DNA from: Antedon mediterranea
Lineage: Eukaryota > Animalia > Echinodermata
Length of the DNA: 64,000 nucleotides
Reading direction: 5' to 3'
NCBI RefSeq assembly: GCF_964355755.1
Contig: NC_092676.1
Span: 1,059,788-1,123,787 of the forward strand
This document shows, piece after piece, positions 26,801 to 36,900 of this stretch. Within the stretch, counting starts at the first letter, position 1; every line of letters begins with the position of its first letter. A program made the position numbers and the translations under genes. Under the pieces are notes generated by a model that was not told where the DNA came from, ran no database searches, and saw only the letters and a list, made by a program, of their open reading frames with translations.

Positions 26801-29800
26801 TACAGATTTTCTTGTTATTCTCACCTTAATATTTGAAAACCAAAGCCTGTTCTCATGTAAGGTGTGCAGAAAATTTGCAAAATGATACCCAATATAAATG
26901 CTGATTATAACACCAATCAAAAAATAAACAAAATTCATCCACTGTGATTTTCCTAATTGCCTGATCTCCGATTGCTGGAATATTCCATTATTTACAACGG
27001 GAGTTTTTCCATTCCTGCCGTTTACTCTTGATGAATGTTCTTCTTTGTGTTGTATTCTCTTCCGTGATTTTGACATGGTTTCAGTTTATATACATTCTTT
27101 AAAACACAATTTGATACTAACATATTTACAGAATACTAACATATTTACAGAATACTAACATATTTACAGAATACTAACATATTTACAGAATACTAACATA
27201 TTTACAGAATACTAACATATTTACAGAATTCTAAAAGGAAAGGAATGATTTCTTTTGTAAATAAACCTGGACATCGCTCCAAGCTAATAAACTTTTAATG
27301 AATACAGAAACGTTATGGTACAATAGCTATAGATCTTCACAAAAGGTTGTTACTTAGTCGTTACTATTCATTCACTATATTCTAACTTTATGATGACCAT
27401 AAAAGTCTTTATAAATATTGTATATCACTAAACTAGGCACTGAAGTGAAATTATAGTTGAGTGAAAATTATATTTACTGTACCTATACAGTCAAAATGAG
27501 GGGACAGGATATAAGGGCTGTATTCAAACGTTTGCCTATCTAACAAAAATTGATGGGAAATACAGTATTTTGCAAAGTGAAAAGTCTCAGTGATATATAG
27601 ATAAATCAATCAATTCTTTTCAATAATTGATAAATTATTTAAGGCATAAATATTGTTGTTAATGTTGCAATTTTATTTAACCGACAGTATTTGGTGTTTT
27701 TTCACCTTTTAAAAGTATAGCATAAATAAATATACTTTTTTTTTTTGTTCAGAGATGAGACCAACTTTTTTGTCTTGTGTGGGTTCGTCCCACTTTGTCG
27801 GAAAGTAAATAAATTTAAAAAACATGTTAATAATTAAGATCTTAATACAATCTTATAACATTAATATTTCAGTATGGATATCATAAACTATAATGAATAA
27901 ACAATGGCAATCTGTTGAAAGTGAATCCCATTATTTTTGTAATTTATTGTAACAATATCCAGATACTAGAGAGCTAGTAGCACATGGTACTACAGTATGC
28001 CAGCTGAGGTTGATATAATTGGCCAATTACCACTAATTGAAAATCAATCCAACTATCAAGTCATCATATTACAAGATGACATCAATTGTCTGTGAGGACA
28101 GGTATTACCAACATTCTGTCAACCAATCAATGAGAATGTATTAGACTTAAAGTTGTATTGTCCCCCAAAAACATGAAAAATGAAGATTAATAAAATCAAA
28201 TATTAAACAAAAATAATTTTAATTTCAGGGGGACAATAAACCTTTAAAGCTCATTTCATTTATTTAATAAGAAAAAATAGATCTCCTCCATGATTCCTAC
28301 AGGAAAAAGAACTTTTCTACCTCTTCTACACAAGCAATAATACTCATAACGCTAAATGCATGCAAATTAAGGTATCAATTACTATTAAAGTTTCGAACAG
28401 AAACGTGCAAAAATAAAAATATCAAAGACCAATATTCTAAAACAAAAACTGACATGTCTGAAAAACATTCATAAATTGAACAGTTTATGATTTATGGGTA
28501 AAGAATATTAGAAAGGCAATGAAGCATTATCAAGATTACTTTCTAAGCTGTTGCTAAGTTTCACTGAGAATTTAAAAGCATATGTTATTGAGGTTATGGT
28601 TTTAGGGGCATGTCTTATTATTGCAGAATGGCTACTGTACAGTTAAGGTCAACTCAGACAGCAAAGATGAGTCAAGACGTTTCTTCTGGTCTCGTCATAC
28701 GATGCTGTCTGAGTTGGCCTTTAGTACCAGCAGATTCTTGAGGTGATGACGTCGTTGAATCCTAAAAATGAAGGCACAAATTTTATAACTTATGTCCCAC
28801 CTACAGTAGCCTATATTCTAAATGACGATTTGGCTTAATATTATTCGTAAAAAGATATACATTTTGGCACAAATGGCGTGTTATATCTTGAGCTGGAATC
28901 TCCCAGTTTTAAACAACAATCAAAATGCATGAGTGCATCTACGTAAAACAAAACAATACCTACACAAATCTAGTCCTACCTAAGCTTGCAAGGAAATCTG
29001 TTTTAATCCTTCTCCAATTTATTACTACCTAACAAATTTTGGTAAATTACTTTTAACTACTTAACTGTCACAGAGTTCCGCCAACTGGCAGTTGTAGCCT
29101 GCTGGACCGTACCTACTGTGGTTTTTATCATTATCTACACTACTGATTGATCTTGATGGTCCGCATAAATGATGCACTTTACTGACTTCCTTTCAGGAAA
29201 GATTAAAAAGGTACGTTAAACTTTTAGTAACTCAAGAAATGATGAGAAAAACTCACCAGATAAGTCATAATACTTCAAACTTAAAAGAACTGATACATGA
29301 TTAACATGCACAATATAAAACATCAGTCAGTGTAGTACATGTAGAAAGCCATTAATTGTTTGAAAATAAACTTTGCTAAATTGAACTAATACTAGAAATT
29401 GATGTAAGAAAATCTATAGTATGGAGTAAATTTACCTGATTCTCTGTACTTGTATATAGAAAAACGCATGCGTAACATGGGAAGTCTGTATTATTTGATT
29501 AAACTGAAGCCTTCTTTTAATAGTGTATTTTAACATGGATAAGAAAACATATAGGAGATACTGTTTTAACTTGCTGGTCTAACAAAACGGTTCAACAAAC
29601 TCAGTCACCTCATTTTGACTGCTTCCTTCATTCACACCTATAGTAATTGTCAATTTTTTATAAATTACTGCAGTAACATGATTTGCAGTTGACAATTTAT
29701 TGTACTTTTTACTGCAGTAACATGACCTACAGTTGACAATTAATTGTACTTTTTCAAAAGATAAATTCTTCAAAGAAAGCGTTTAATCCGACAGTTGAAA

Positions 29801-30939
29801 CAAACTGGTCACACAATTATTAAAATAATGCCAGGATAGATAGACTAATTAACATACAAACATAATTCAAACATTGTATTTACAGGTAAGTTTACAGGTT
29901 AAAATCGTAAGGCATGTGAACGAGGCAAACTGCCTTAAAAGTTTAAGTTTACAGGTAGATTTAATATTATAATGAAAATGAATTTATGTTAATTTATGTT
30001 AATTTATGTTAATTTATGTTAATTATAGTTCTACAAACAAAATTATCAATACCTCAATAAAAATTGTGAATATTACATAAAGTAACACAATATAAAATTA
30101 ATATACTATATTTATTTATTTTTTTAAATACAATGTTTAACATACAATTTGAAATCAACTAACCCTATCTATTACCCAATTAGCATTATCCCAAATGATT
30201 TCTTCTGCTCACTAAAAATACAATAAATGTTATTTATAAATATTCACTTTCCTCAATAACAATAATGCAAAAACCTATACAATCAAACCTGAAAAAGAGA
30301 AACCTACAAAACCAAACAAAAATCAAGAATAAATCCAGTGTAGAGAAAACAAAATAGTCCCTTCCTCGTTGACTTTCAGAGCTGGTGTGTCTGTTGATTT
30401 TGCAGGCAATTCGTATAGTACTGGAACATTCTATTTATGAAGGAGGGGTGTTGAAATGTACAGTATAACACAAAGTCATTCTTTAAATAGAATACAACAC
30501 AATTTAAAGCTTCATGTTATGATGACAGTTAAAAAAACAATTAAAACAGATTTTATAAAAAATGTTTACTCACCAATATTTTAGAAAACCAAAGTCTGTT
30601 TTCATGTAATGTCCAAATATAGAGACTGTAGTGATATCCCATAATGATAGCTAATGCAGTACCAACAACTAAACTCAGAGACTTGAGAAACCAACTTAAA
30701 TTCTCTCCTGTTGCCTCCTCGTCTTCTGACACTTCATCCTCCTCAGAATCCTCCTCAGAATCCTCCTCAGAATCCCCCTCCTCTTCCTCTTGAATTGGCA
30801 CCTCATTATCTTCTGTGTCTTCCTCTGTGGAAGTGCAATTTGTGGCATTGTGGAGACCTCTCAAATCATTGTCTTTTTCTGGAGATGATCTTGGATGTAA
30901 GCGTTCACTTCTCCTTTTTCGTATTCTCTCAGACATCAT
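11670..30939 (-). CDS. DPY19L3: DPY19L3 protein C-mannosyltransferase; 16 coding exons per isoform, about 768 aa (exon 1a) or 730 aa (exon 1b)
   Basis: Exons 30574-30939 (or 26825-27076), 26483-26573, 22631-22758, 21843-21988, 21466-21589, 20853-20987, 20366-20497, 19896-20000, 19512-19585, 19051-19209, 18190-18418, 17401-17457, 13533-13615, 12950-13082, 12318-12476 and 11670-11855 splice in frame. Motifs LHENRLWFS, EVEREISFRTEAGLYYSYYKQM, TTRVEYTIPLRE, LREFYDPDTVELMNWI, GSMQLLAGVKLCTGR, NHPHYED, GTDYIILEDSICY and PRFC are typical of DPY19L3. Confidence 0.95.
12318..12476 (-). CDS. DPY19L3: DPY19L3 exon 15
   Basis: LYQYYGRRTPKEVFDIHHSIGTDYIILEDSICY...DITNGH. Confidence 0.93.
12601..12764. 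mobile_element. Tc1/mariner (pogo-like) MITE
   Basis: TA|CATTCAACTCTCTCAATACCG...CGGTATTAGGAGAGTTGACTG|TA; imperfect TIRs with TA flanks. Confidence 0.65.
12950..13082 (-). CDS. DPY19L3: DPY19L3 exon 14
   Basis: KETPVTAVFSGSMQLLAGVKLCTGRKLTNHPHYEDKALREKTRQ. Confidence 0.95.
13533..13615 (-). CDS. DPY19L3: DPY19L3 exon 13
   Basis: CLPEVQHQLSLLREFYDPDTVELMNWI. Confidence 0.93.
13788..17390 (-). mobile_element. degenerate Academ-like DNA transposon in DPY19L3 intron 12
   Basis: Imperfect TIRs longer than 100 bp (TAGTAGGGCGGCCAA...AGCAGGCAACCATGT...GATAGGGGTGGATGCC, mirrored at 17265-17390) and a 3-bp TSD TAA/TAA. Decayed minus-strand coding remnants IRANYQAEI and EAPNPVVSLELVTCVCK resemble the C-terminal Cys-rich part of Academ proteins. 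Confidence 0.7.
16150..16330 (-). mobile_element. CR1-like LINE ORF2 C-terminal fragment nested in the transposon
   Basis: Minus strand reads QRHATNQIPAIHSYSYEDRLKFLGLTTLYDRRIHGDLIENFQKI, like the CR1 motif QRRATK..SYEERL..L.TL..RR.RGDLIE. Confidence 0.7.
17401..17457 (-). CDS. DPY19L3: DPY19L3 exon 12
   Basis: VKFIQHVATLCVIVVLTYM, AG/GTAAGT, 57 nt. Confidence 0.85.
17695..18008 (-). mobile_element. tRNA-derived SINE, near full length
   Basis: A box TGGCCGAGTGG, B box GGTTCGAGGC, about 300 bp, ending in a (TCAA)n/A-rich tail. Confidence 0.75.
18190..18418 (-). CDS. DPY19L3: DPY19L3 exon 11
   Basis: LKEKTDDDYNGHLLQDHPELAYHAIQSVFFGVMALTVLRMKYLWTPQMCVLAAFGVGSPHVW... Confidence 0.93.
19051..19209 (-). 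CDS. DPY19L3: DPY19L3 exon 10
   Basis: RDFDALVYKCNGAFQFLTYDFFQRTSSRLLFPIY... Confidence 0.92.
19512..19585 (-). CDS. DPY19L3: DPY19L3 exon 9
   Basis: YLINLDDDQHIFKFLLAKFQLSSAR. Confidence 0.92.
19896..20000 (-). CDS. DPY19L3: DPY19L3 exon 8
   Basis: KRSHTSTNIGVNIMKVLGYGVLVMLLTFCFNVIVK. Confidence 0.85.
20140..20320 (-). mobile_element. L2/Crack-like LINE 3' fragment
   Basis: RLFVPRSYRKAGDNPFSVTSPWIWNALPVDLRGANSAPLFKCQLKTF, a typical LINE ORF2 C-terminus (G.R.FS...P.LWN.LP..LR......FK..LKT). Confidence 0.65.
20366..20497 (-). CDS. DPY19L3: DPY19L3 exon 7
   Basis: IRYILGIQGVSIILVCILQFCNEMLLGALVLSFIPAAFIVLHLQ. Confidence 0.92.
20853..20987 (-). CDS. DPY19L3: DPY19L3 exon 6
   Basis: IVTLLGISLCSFLFVLSWQFAQFVFLLQAMALYGTVTLGLAPLSK. 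Confidence 0.92.
21466..21589 (-). CDS. DPY19L3: DPY19L3 exon 5
   Basis: DDTTRVEYTIPLRESFALPFIFLQITLITYYLRPTISRNSQ. Confidence 0.94.
21843..21988 (-). CDS. DPY19L3: DPY19L3 exon 4
   Basis: SVIEPVYLYINSVFALHGVYIISLYVMAWLLSGSWFTAVLASAFYIFN. Confidence 0.93.
22631..22758 (-). CDS. DPY19L3: DPY19L3 exon 3
   Basis: GLHDLINDNNTESWRTINILKRFNVYQEVYLATLYKVISLCLQ. Confidence 0.93.
22828..26028 (+). mobile_element. near full-length Rex1/Babar-type non-LTR retrotransposon (APE-RT), slightly decayed
   Basis: ORF 22996-24708 (RRRKRGKAGG...IIMGNVQSISNKMDEL, SFTETWL, GDFN: APE endonuclease) continues after a frameshift in 24701-25657 (DFSSAFNTI, GAPQGTVLAPFLF, FADD, YKYLG: RT). Past a premature TAA it reads HPVN...SGRLRS...SFLP. 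AATAAA and a (TACTTGA)n tail at 26004-26028. Confidence 0.92.
26030..26113 (-). pseudogene. partial duplicate of DPY19L3 exon 3 with splice acceptor (frameshifted pseudo-exon)
   Basis: Near-identical to 22698-22782 (2 substitutions, 1-nt deletion). Confidence 0.9.
26483..26573 (-). CDS. DPY19L3: DPY19L3 exon 2
   Basis: EVEREISFRTEAGLYYSYYKQMILSPSISQ. Confidence 0.95.
26825..27076 (-). CDS. DPY19L3: DPY19L3 alternative first coding exon 1b
   Basis: MSKSRKRIQH...FVYFLIGVIISIYIGYHFANFLHTLHENRLWFSNIK|GTGAGA, phase 0. Confidence 0.85.
27114..27229. repeat. 19-bp tandem repeat, about 6 copies
   Basis: Unit ATACTAACATATTTACAGA just upstream of the exon 1b ATG. Confidence 0.9.
28151..28243. mobile_element. 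MITE family B, internally deleted copy
   Basis: TTAA|AGTTGTATTGTCCCCC...GGGGGACAATAAACCT|TTAA. Confidence 0.7.
28646..28720. mobile_element. short hairpin MITE (Harbinger-like)
   Basis: TTA|AGGTCAACTCAGACAGCA...TGCTGTCTGAGTTGGCCT|TTA. Confidence 0.55.
30574..30939 (-). CDS. DPY19L3: DPY19L3 alternative first coding exon 1a (acidic N-terminus)
   Basis: MMSERIRKRR...(EDSE)n...LSLVVGTALAIIMGYHYSLYIWTLHENRLWFSKIL|GTGAGT, phase 0; acceptor AG at 30959-30960. Confidence 0.85.
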
Positions 30940-31393
30940 CAAGATTTATTAAATATTACTGAAATAAAAATAATTTTTTTAAATGCAAATGTTGTTAGTT
31001 ATAAAAAGATTTTGAAAGATTTTTTTTTTTATCAAAAAGAAAGAATTTAAAAGCATATGTTATTGAGGTTAAGGTTTTAGGGGTGTGTCATTATTAATAT
31101 TAGTAATTACAGCGTGGCTAGCCTAGGCCTACTACTAGCCTACTAAGTCTAAGGCCTAGCTAGGCTAGGCCTACTACTACTAGGCCTAGGCTAGCTTGGC
31201 TTATAGAAGGTTATTTACTTTTAGGAGGACCCTACACCTAGCCTACACTACTACTAGCCTAGGCCTAGTCGAAATAATAGCTACTGTAGGTAGGACCTAT
31301 TGATGAGTATCTAGTGATTCACATTTACCTATTGTATTTTACCCTAGGCCTAGTAGGGTAGGCCTCACTTCTTTCATGCCCAACTAGACTCAC

Positions 31394-31520
31394 GTCGCCA
31401 GGCAGTATTTTCTCTCTCCGTCTCCGATCCTCCTCCTCCGCGCCGCCACCGACGACACGACGAACGTCAAAAAAAAAGGAAAAAAACACATGGAACCTCG
31501 TATGGAGTGCAACCCACGAC
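31394..31520 (-). promoter_or_regulatory. probable DPY19L3 non-coding first exon and promoter
   Basis: Local CpG/GC-rich patch (CCTCCGCGCCGCCACCGACGACACGACG) ending in a GTGAGT donor after 31394, about 430 bp upstream of the exon 1a acceptor. Confidence 0.55.
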
Positions 31521-32221
31521 AAAACGTTTAAAGTATTAATTTCCCATCAGGTATGGAATGGCAATGTAGCAAAAACAAATGTAACCACATTGAATCTTAC
31601 CATTTTGTACAAAGGAAACTTTTGAAAAACATAGACATCTGCAGTGTTTGAATGTAGAATTAACAGTATAATCAAATTGTTACTCATTTCGATATTTCAG
31701 GTACCGTAAGGTAATACTTCAGCTACTATATTATAAAACTATTATTAAATAAATTGTTTTTCTTGATTTGAACTTCAACTGGAACATAATGTCAAACTAT
31801 TTGTTCAAAGTCATCAGTATGTCGTTAATCAAGTAGATCACTGTATTGTAGTCGTTATTTGTGAAATATCATGAAAATATTAAATATTACAAGAAAATAA
31901 ATTTAAAACACTGTTTTTTTTAATCTTTTATTCATCTATTCATCTTATCTAGTAATAGGTATAAAAAAAGAAAAATCCATTCAAGTAAAACCAACTACAG
32001 GCATTTATGTTCACAGATTAATTAACCAATAAGCTACTATCAAATGTACAAAACACTTTATCATCAGAACAATTGAACAATAAAAACTAATTTCATCTAA
32101 AATACTATACTAGTTAAATTAATGCTTAAACCTTAAACTTAATAGCAACAAATGAACATAATGCAGTATTGTTTATTGTAGGCATAAGCTATGCATATTA
32201 TTGTTCTGAGATAAAATTGGT

Positions 32222-33134
32222 AATAATAAACCATTCAATTAATATCTAATTGTTCAGCCATTATATTCTGACTGAATCCTTTGTATGCCTCATAAAGTAT
32301 GCTCCTACTCTATGCCGGTGAAACTCCAGTATATAGAGAAATATTTCTGTCTCGTACACAGACGAGACAACGATTTACAACGTATCAACTTCAAATTATA
32401 ACTAAAAAATGTATAGGTATTTCATAATAAACCATTAAATTAATATCTAATTGTTCAGCCATTATATTCTGACTGAATCCTTTGTATGCCTCGTAAGGTA
32501 TGCTCTTACTCTATGCCGGTGAAACTCCGGTATGTAGAGAAATTTTTCTGTCTCGTACACAGACGAGACAACGATTTACAACGTATCAACTTCAAATTAT
32601 AACTAAACAAGAATATTTCTTACAAAAAACGCTGCTCGCTTATTGTTATTGCTAAGGTCCTATTACAAACAAAAACTTCAATGGACTGTTTTGATAATAA
32701 TTCAATGATTATCTGACAGCGAATTATATCATGGGACTCATAAATACCAGAATGCTTTGGGATTTGTCATTAGACTCTTTTCTCAGCCGTTTTTGGATTC
32801 AACAGGTGGTACCAATAAATTATAGTGGAGTTTCCATTTTAACAAAAATGTCAAAGTGTAGTACTATAAAGCTGCTTGATTTCATCTAATGAATGAGTCA
32901 TCTCGTGTGACGTAGCGGGCTAGAGCAGCAGCGTGAAAATGTATAGGTATTTCATAATAAACCATTCAATTAATATCTAATTGTTCAGCCATTATATTCT
33001 GACTGAATCCTTTGTATGCCTCGTAAGGTATGCTCCTACTCTATGCCGGTGAAACTCCGGTATGTAGAGAAATATTTCTGTCTCGTACACAGACGAGACA
33101 ACGATTTACAACGTATCAACTTCAAACTATAACT
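32222..33134. repeat. three copies of a ~180-200-bp block in the NLR1 3' flank
   Basis: AATAAAACCATT...ATGCCGGTGAAACTCC...TGTCTCGTACACAGACGAGACA...CAAATTATAACTA at about 32222, 32424 and 32954; a single partial copy at about 60790-60905. Confidence 0.9.
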
Positions 33135-33740
33135 AGAATTTATAGGTATTTCTGCCCTGTTTAACAACGAAACAAGGGCAACGTATTCCAACGTATCTAT
33201 AAGCAATAAAAACCAACTCGACTTCTGAATTTAGAATTCTATCATTCTCATCAATTTGTGCTGTCTTCACGACGGTACGAAAAGAAATGAAGGCGGTAAT
33301 ACATGGAAGTGGTCCCACGCTATAGCGGACTATCCCATTTATTAAGGAGGTGAACTACTGTAAGATTATTCTTTTCGTAATTGTTTTCGCACTTCGCTGA
33401 AAAGGGCTACTGTCGGGTTTATCCAGGTATGAAGGCACGTAATAGACTCTGAAATTATGCAATAAGTATTATAAAGACAGAAACTATTCACAGATTCTTT
33501 ATCTTTTTTGTCTAAAGTGACATAACAATGCAGTGTCAACAAATTTCAGAACATTCCAATGTTTACAAGTCAGAAATTCTTTTTTAACATACTGTACGTC
33601 TCTATTTTAAAATGTATACACTTTTATACCAAAAGCAGATCCAAGTGGATATCTGCACATGCTCATTCATCCCTTTGACCAAATGACAATTTTATTATTC
33701 AACTCATTCAAATATTTTCAAATGTTTAAAAGATGAAAGT

Positions 33741-33917
33741 TGTTTGGGTATGTTGCTTCGTCAATACCACAATAATAAAACTATACACAAAGATGTGCTA
33801 TAACTAACTTTAATAATAAGTCAAGTCAAACGAACAATATGGCGGTCTACGCACGTTGTTTCTCTCTCTTCCTTCAATTACATACGTCATACGTATGGGC
33901 GGCCTTAAGGGCTCACA
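33741..33917 (-). mobile_element. solo LTR (177 bp)
   Basis: TGT...ACA ends, 5-bp TSD AAAGT (33736-33740 and 33918-33922); the paralogous site has a single AAAGT (61521-61525). Confidence 0.75.
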
Positions 33918-36900
33918 AAAGTAATGTGTAAAAATGATTCCATATATATTGTACTATTGTCTATGTCCATGACATTATCAATTGACAAGTTATAATCACT
34001 CAATTTGAAAAGATCATAGCAATATATTACATTTATCAACTTGGAAATTGAAACACCTGAAAGATCATTCCCCCTCAGGTCAAGCATGCCAGGTTTTAAT
34101 ACCACTTCATTTAATTCACAATCCTTCAATAAGTCTCTAATAATAGTACCTGAGAGATTACAATTAACCAAGGTAAGCCAATTAAGTTGTGGAGAAAATT
34201 TCAACAAACAAGCTAATTTGGCTACTCCAATTGAAGTCAAGTCAGTTCCAGTTAAATCTAAATGTTTCAATGTCAACCAACCATGTTCATGGCAAGCATC
34301 AGCAAGACTTTCTAGATTATAAACTGACAAGCTATAATCACTCCATTTGAAATACGTATTAAATACGTTTACCAACTTTGAAAGTGAAACACCATCTATA
34401 TCTGATAGATCATTTCCCTTTAGCTTAAGTATGCCACTTTTTAGTATCACTTTGTTTAATTCACACTCCTTCAGTAAGTCTTTTATAATAGTACCCGAGA
34501 GATTACAATTATCCAAGACAAGTTTACATAATTTTGGTGAGAATTGTAATAACCAAGCTAATTTGGATCCTTCAATTGCAGCTAAATTAAGACCACTTAA
34601 ATTTAAACTGTTCCATGTCAAATTTTGACTATGTTCATGGCAGGCATCTGCGAGACTTTCTAGATTACCAACTGACAAGCTATAATCACTCCATTTGAAA
34701 AGATCACTCCATTTGAAAAGATCACTCCATTTGAAAAGATCATCGCAACATATTAGATTTACCAACTTGGAAAGTGAAACACCATCTATATCTGAAAGAT
34801 TATTATCCTTTAGATTAAGCATGCCAGGTTTTAATACCACTTTGTTTACTTCACATTGCTTCAATAAGTCCCTTATAATTGTACCTGAGAGATTACAATT
34901 AACCCAGTCAAGCCAATCAAGTTGTGGAGAGAATTTCAACAAACAAGCTAAGTTGGATACTCCAATTGAAGCCAAGTCAGTTCCAGTTAAATCTAAATGT
35001 TTCCATGTCAACATACAACCATGTTCATGGCAAGCATCTGCGAGACTTTCTAGATTACTAACTGACAAGCTATAATCACTCCATTTGAAAAGAAAATCAT
35101 ATATTAGATTTATCAACTTCGAAAGTGAAAGGCCATCTATATCTGAAAGATCATTTCCCTCTAGTCTAAGCATGCCAGTTTTTAATATCACTTTGTTTAC
35201 TTCACATTCCTTCAATAAGTCTCTTATAATAGTACCTGAGAGATTACAATTAACCAAGTCAAGTTTACGTAATTCTGGTGAGAATTGTAATAACCAAGCT
35301 AATTTAGATACGTTACTTGCAGCTAAGTGAAGACCACTTAAATTTAAAGCTTTCCATGTCAACTTATGACTATGTTGATGGCAGACATCTGCGAGACTTT
35401 CTAGATTACTAACTGACAAGCTATAATCACTCCATTTGAATGGGTTGTAATTGTACATTAGATTTACCAACTTGGAAAGTGAAACACCCTCTATATCTGA
35501 AAGATCAATTCCCTCTAGCCTAAGCATGTCAGGTTTTAATACCACTTTGTTTACTTCACATTCCTTCAATAAGTCTCTTATAATAGTACCTGAGAGATTG
35601 CAATTAACCAAGTCAAGTTTACGTAATTCTGGTGAGAATTTCAACAAACAAGCTAATTTGGATACACCAATTGAAGCCAAGTCAGTTCCAGTTAAATTTA
35701 ATTGTTTCCATATCAACACACAACCATGTTCATGGCAGGCATCTGCAAGACTTTCTAGATTATCAACTGACAACCTATAATCACTCCATTTGAAATACGT
35801 ATGTAATACGTTTACTAACTTGGAAAGTGAAATACCATCTATATCTAAAAGATCATTTCCCTTTAGCATAAGCATTTTAGGTTTTAATGTCACTTTGTTT
35901 ACTACACATTCCTTCAATAAGTCTCTTATAATATTACCTGAGAGATTACAATTAACCAAGTCAAGTTTACGTAATTCTGGTGAGAATTGTAATAACCAAG
36001 CTAATTTAGATACGTTAATTGCAGCTAAGTGAAGACCACTTAAATTTAAACGGTTCCATGTCAACTTATGACTATGTTCATGGCAGGCATCTGCGAGACT
36101 TTCTAGATTATCAACTGACAAGCTATAATCACTCCATTTGAAAGGATAATCCCAATTTATTAGATTTATCAACTTGGAAAGTGAAACACCGGAAAGATCA
36201 TTCCCCCTAAGGTCAAGCATGTTAGGTTTTAATGTCACTTTGTTTACATCACATTCCTTCAATAAGTTTCTTATAATAGTACCAGAGAGATTACAATTAA
36301 CCAATTCAAGATTATGTAATTTTGGTGAGAATTGTAATAACCAAGCTAATTTGGATACTTTTATTTCAGCTAGATGAAGACCACATAAATCTAATGTGTA
36401 CCATCTCAACTTATGACAATTTCCGTGGCAGGCATCTGCGAGACTTTCTAGATTATTAACTGACAACCTATAATCACTCCATTTGAAATACGTATGTAAT
36501 ACGTTTACTAACTTGGAAAGTGAAACACCATCTATATCTGAAAGATCATTTCCCTTTAGCATAAGCATATCAGGTTTTAATACCACTTTGTTTACTTCAC
36601 ATTCCTTCAATAAGTCTCTTATAATAGTACCAGAGAGCCCACAATCAACCAAGTCAAGTTTTTGTAATTCTAGAGAGAATTGTAATAAACAAGCTAATTT
36701 GGATCCTTTAATTGCCGCTAAATGAAGATCACCTAAATCTAAACGTTTCCATGTCAACATACTACCATGTTCATGGCAGGCATCTGCAAGACTTTCTAGA
36801 TTATAAACTGACAAGCTATAATCGCTCCACCTGAAATCAGGAATCATTACATTTACCAGCTTGGAAAGTGAAACACCATCTATGTCTGATAGATCATTTC

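Noticed and set aside
30574-30939. Separate truncated DPY19 paralogue
   Set aside because: I found no further DPY19 exons between 27.1 and 30.5 kb; an alternative first exon is the simpler reading.
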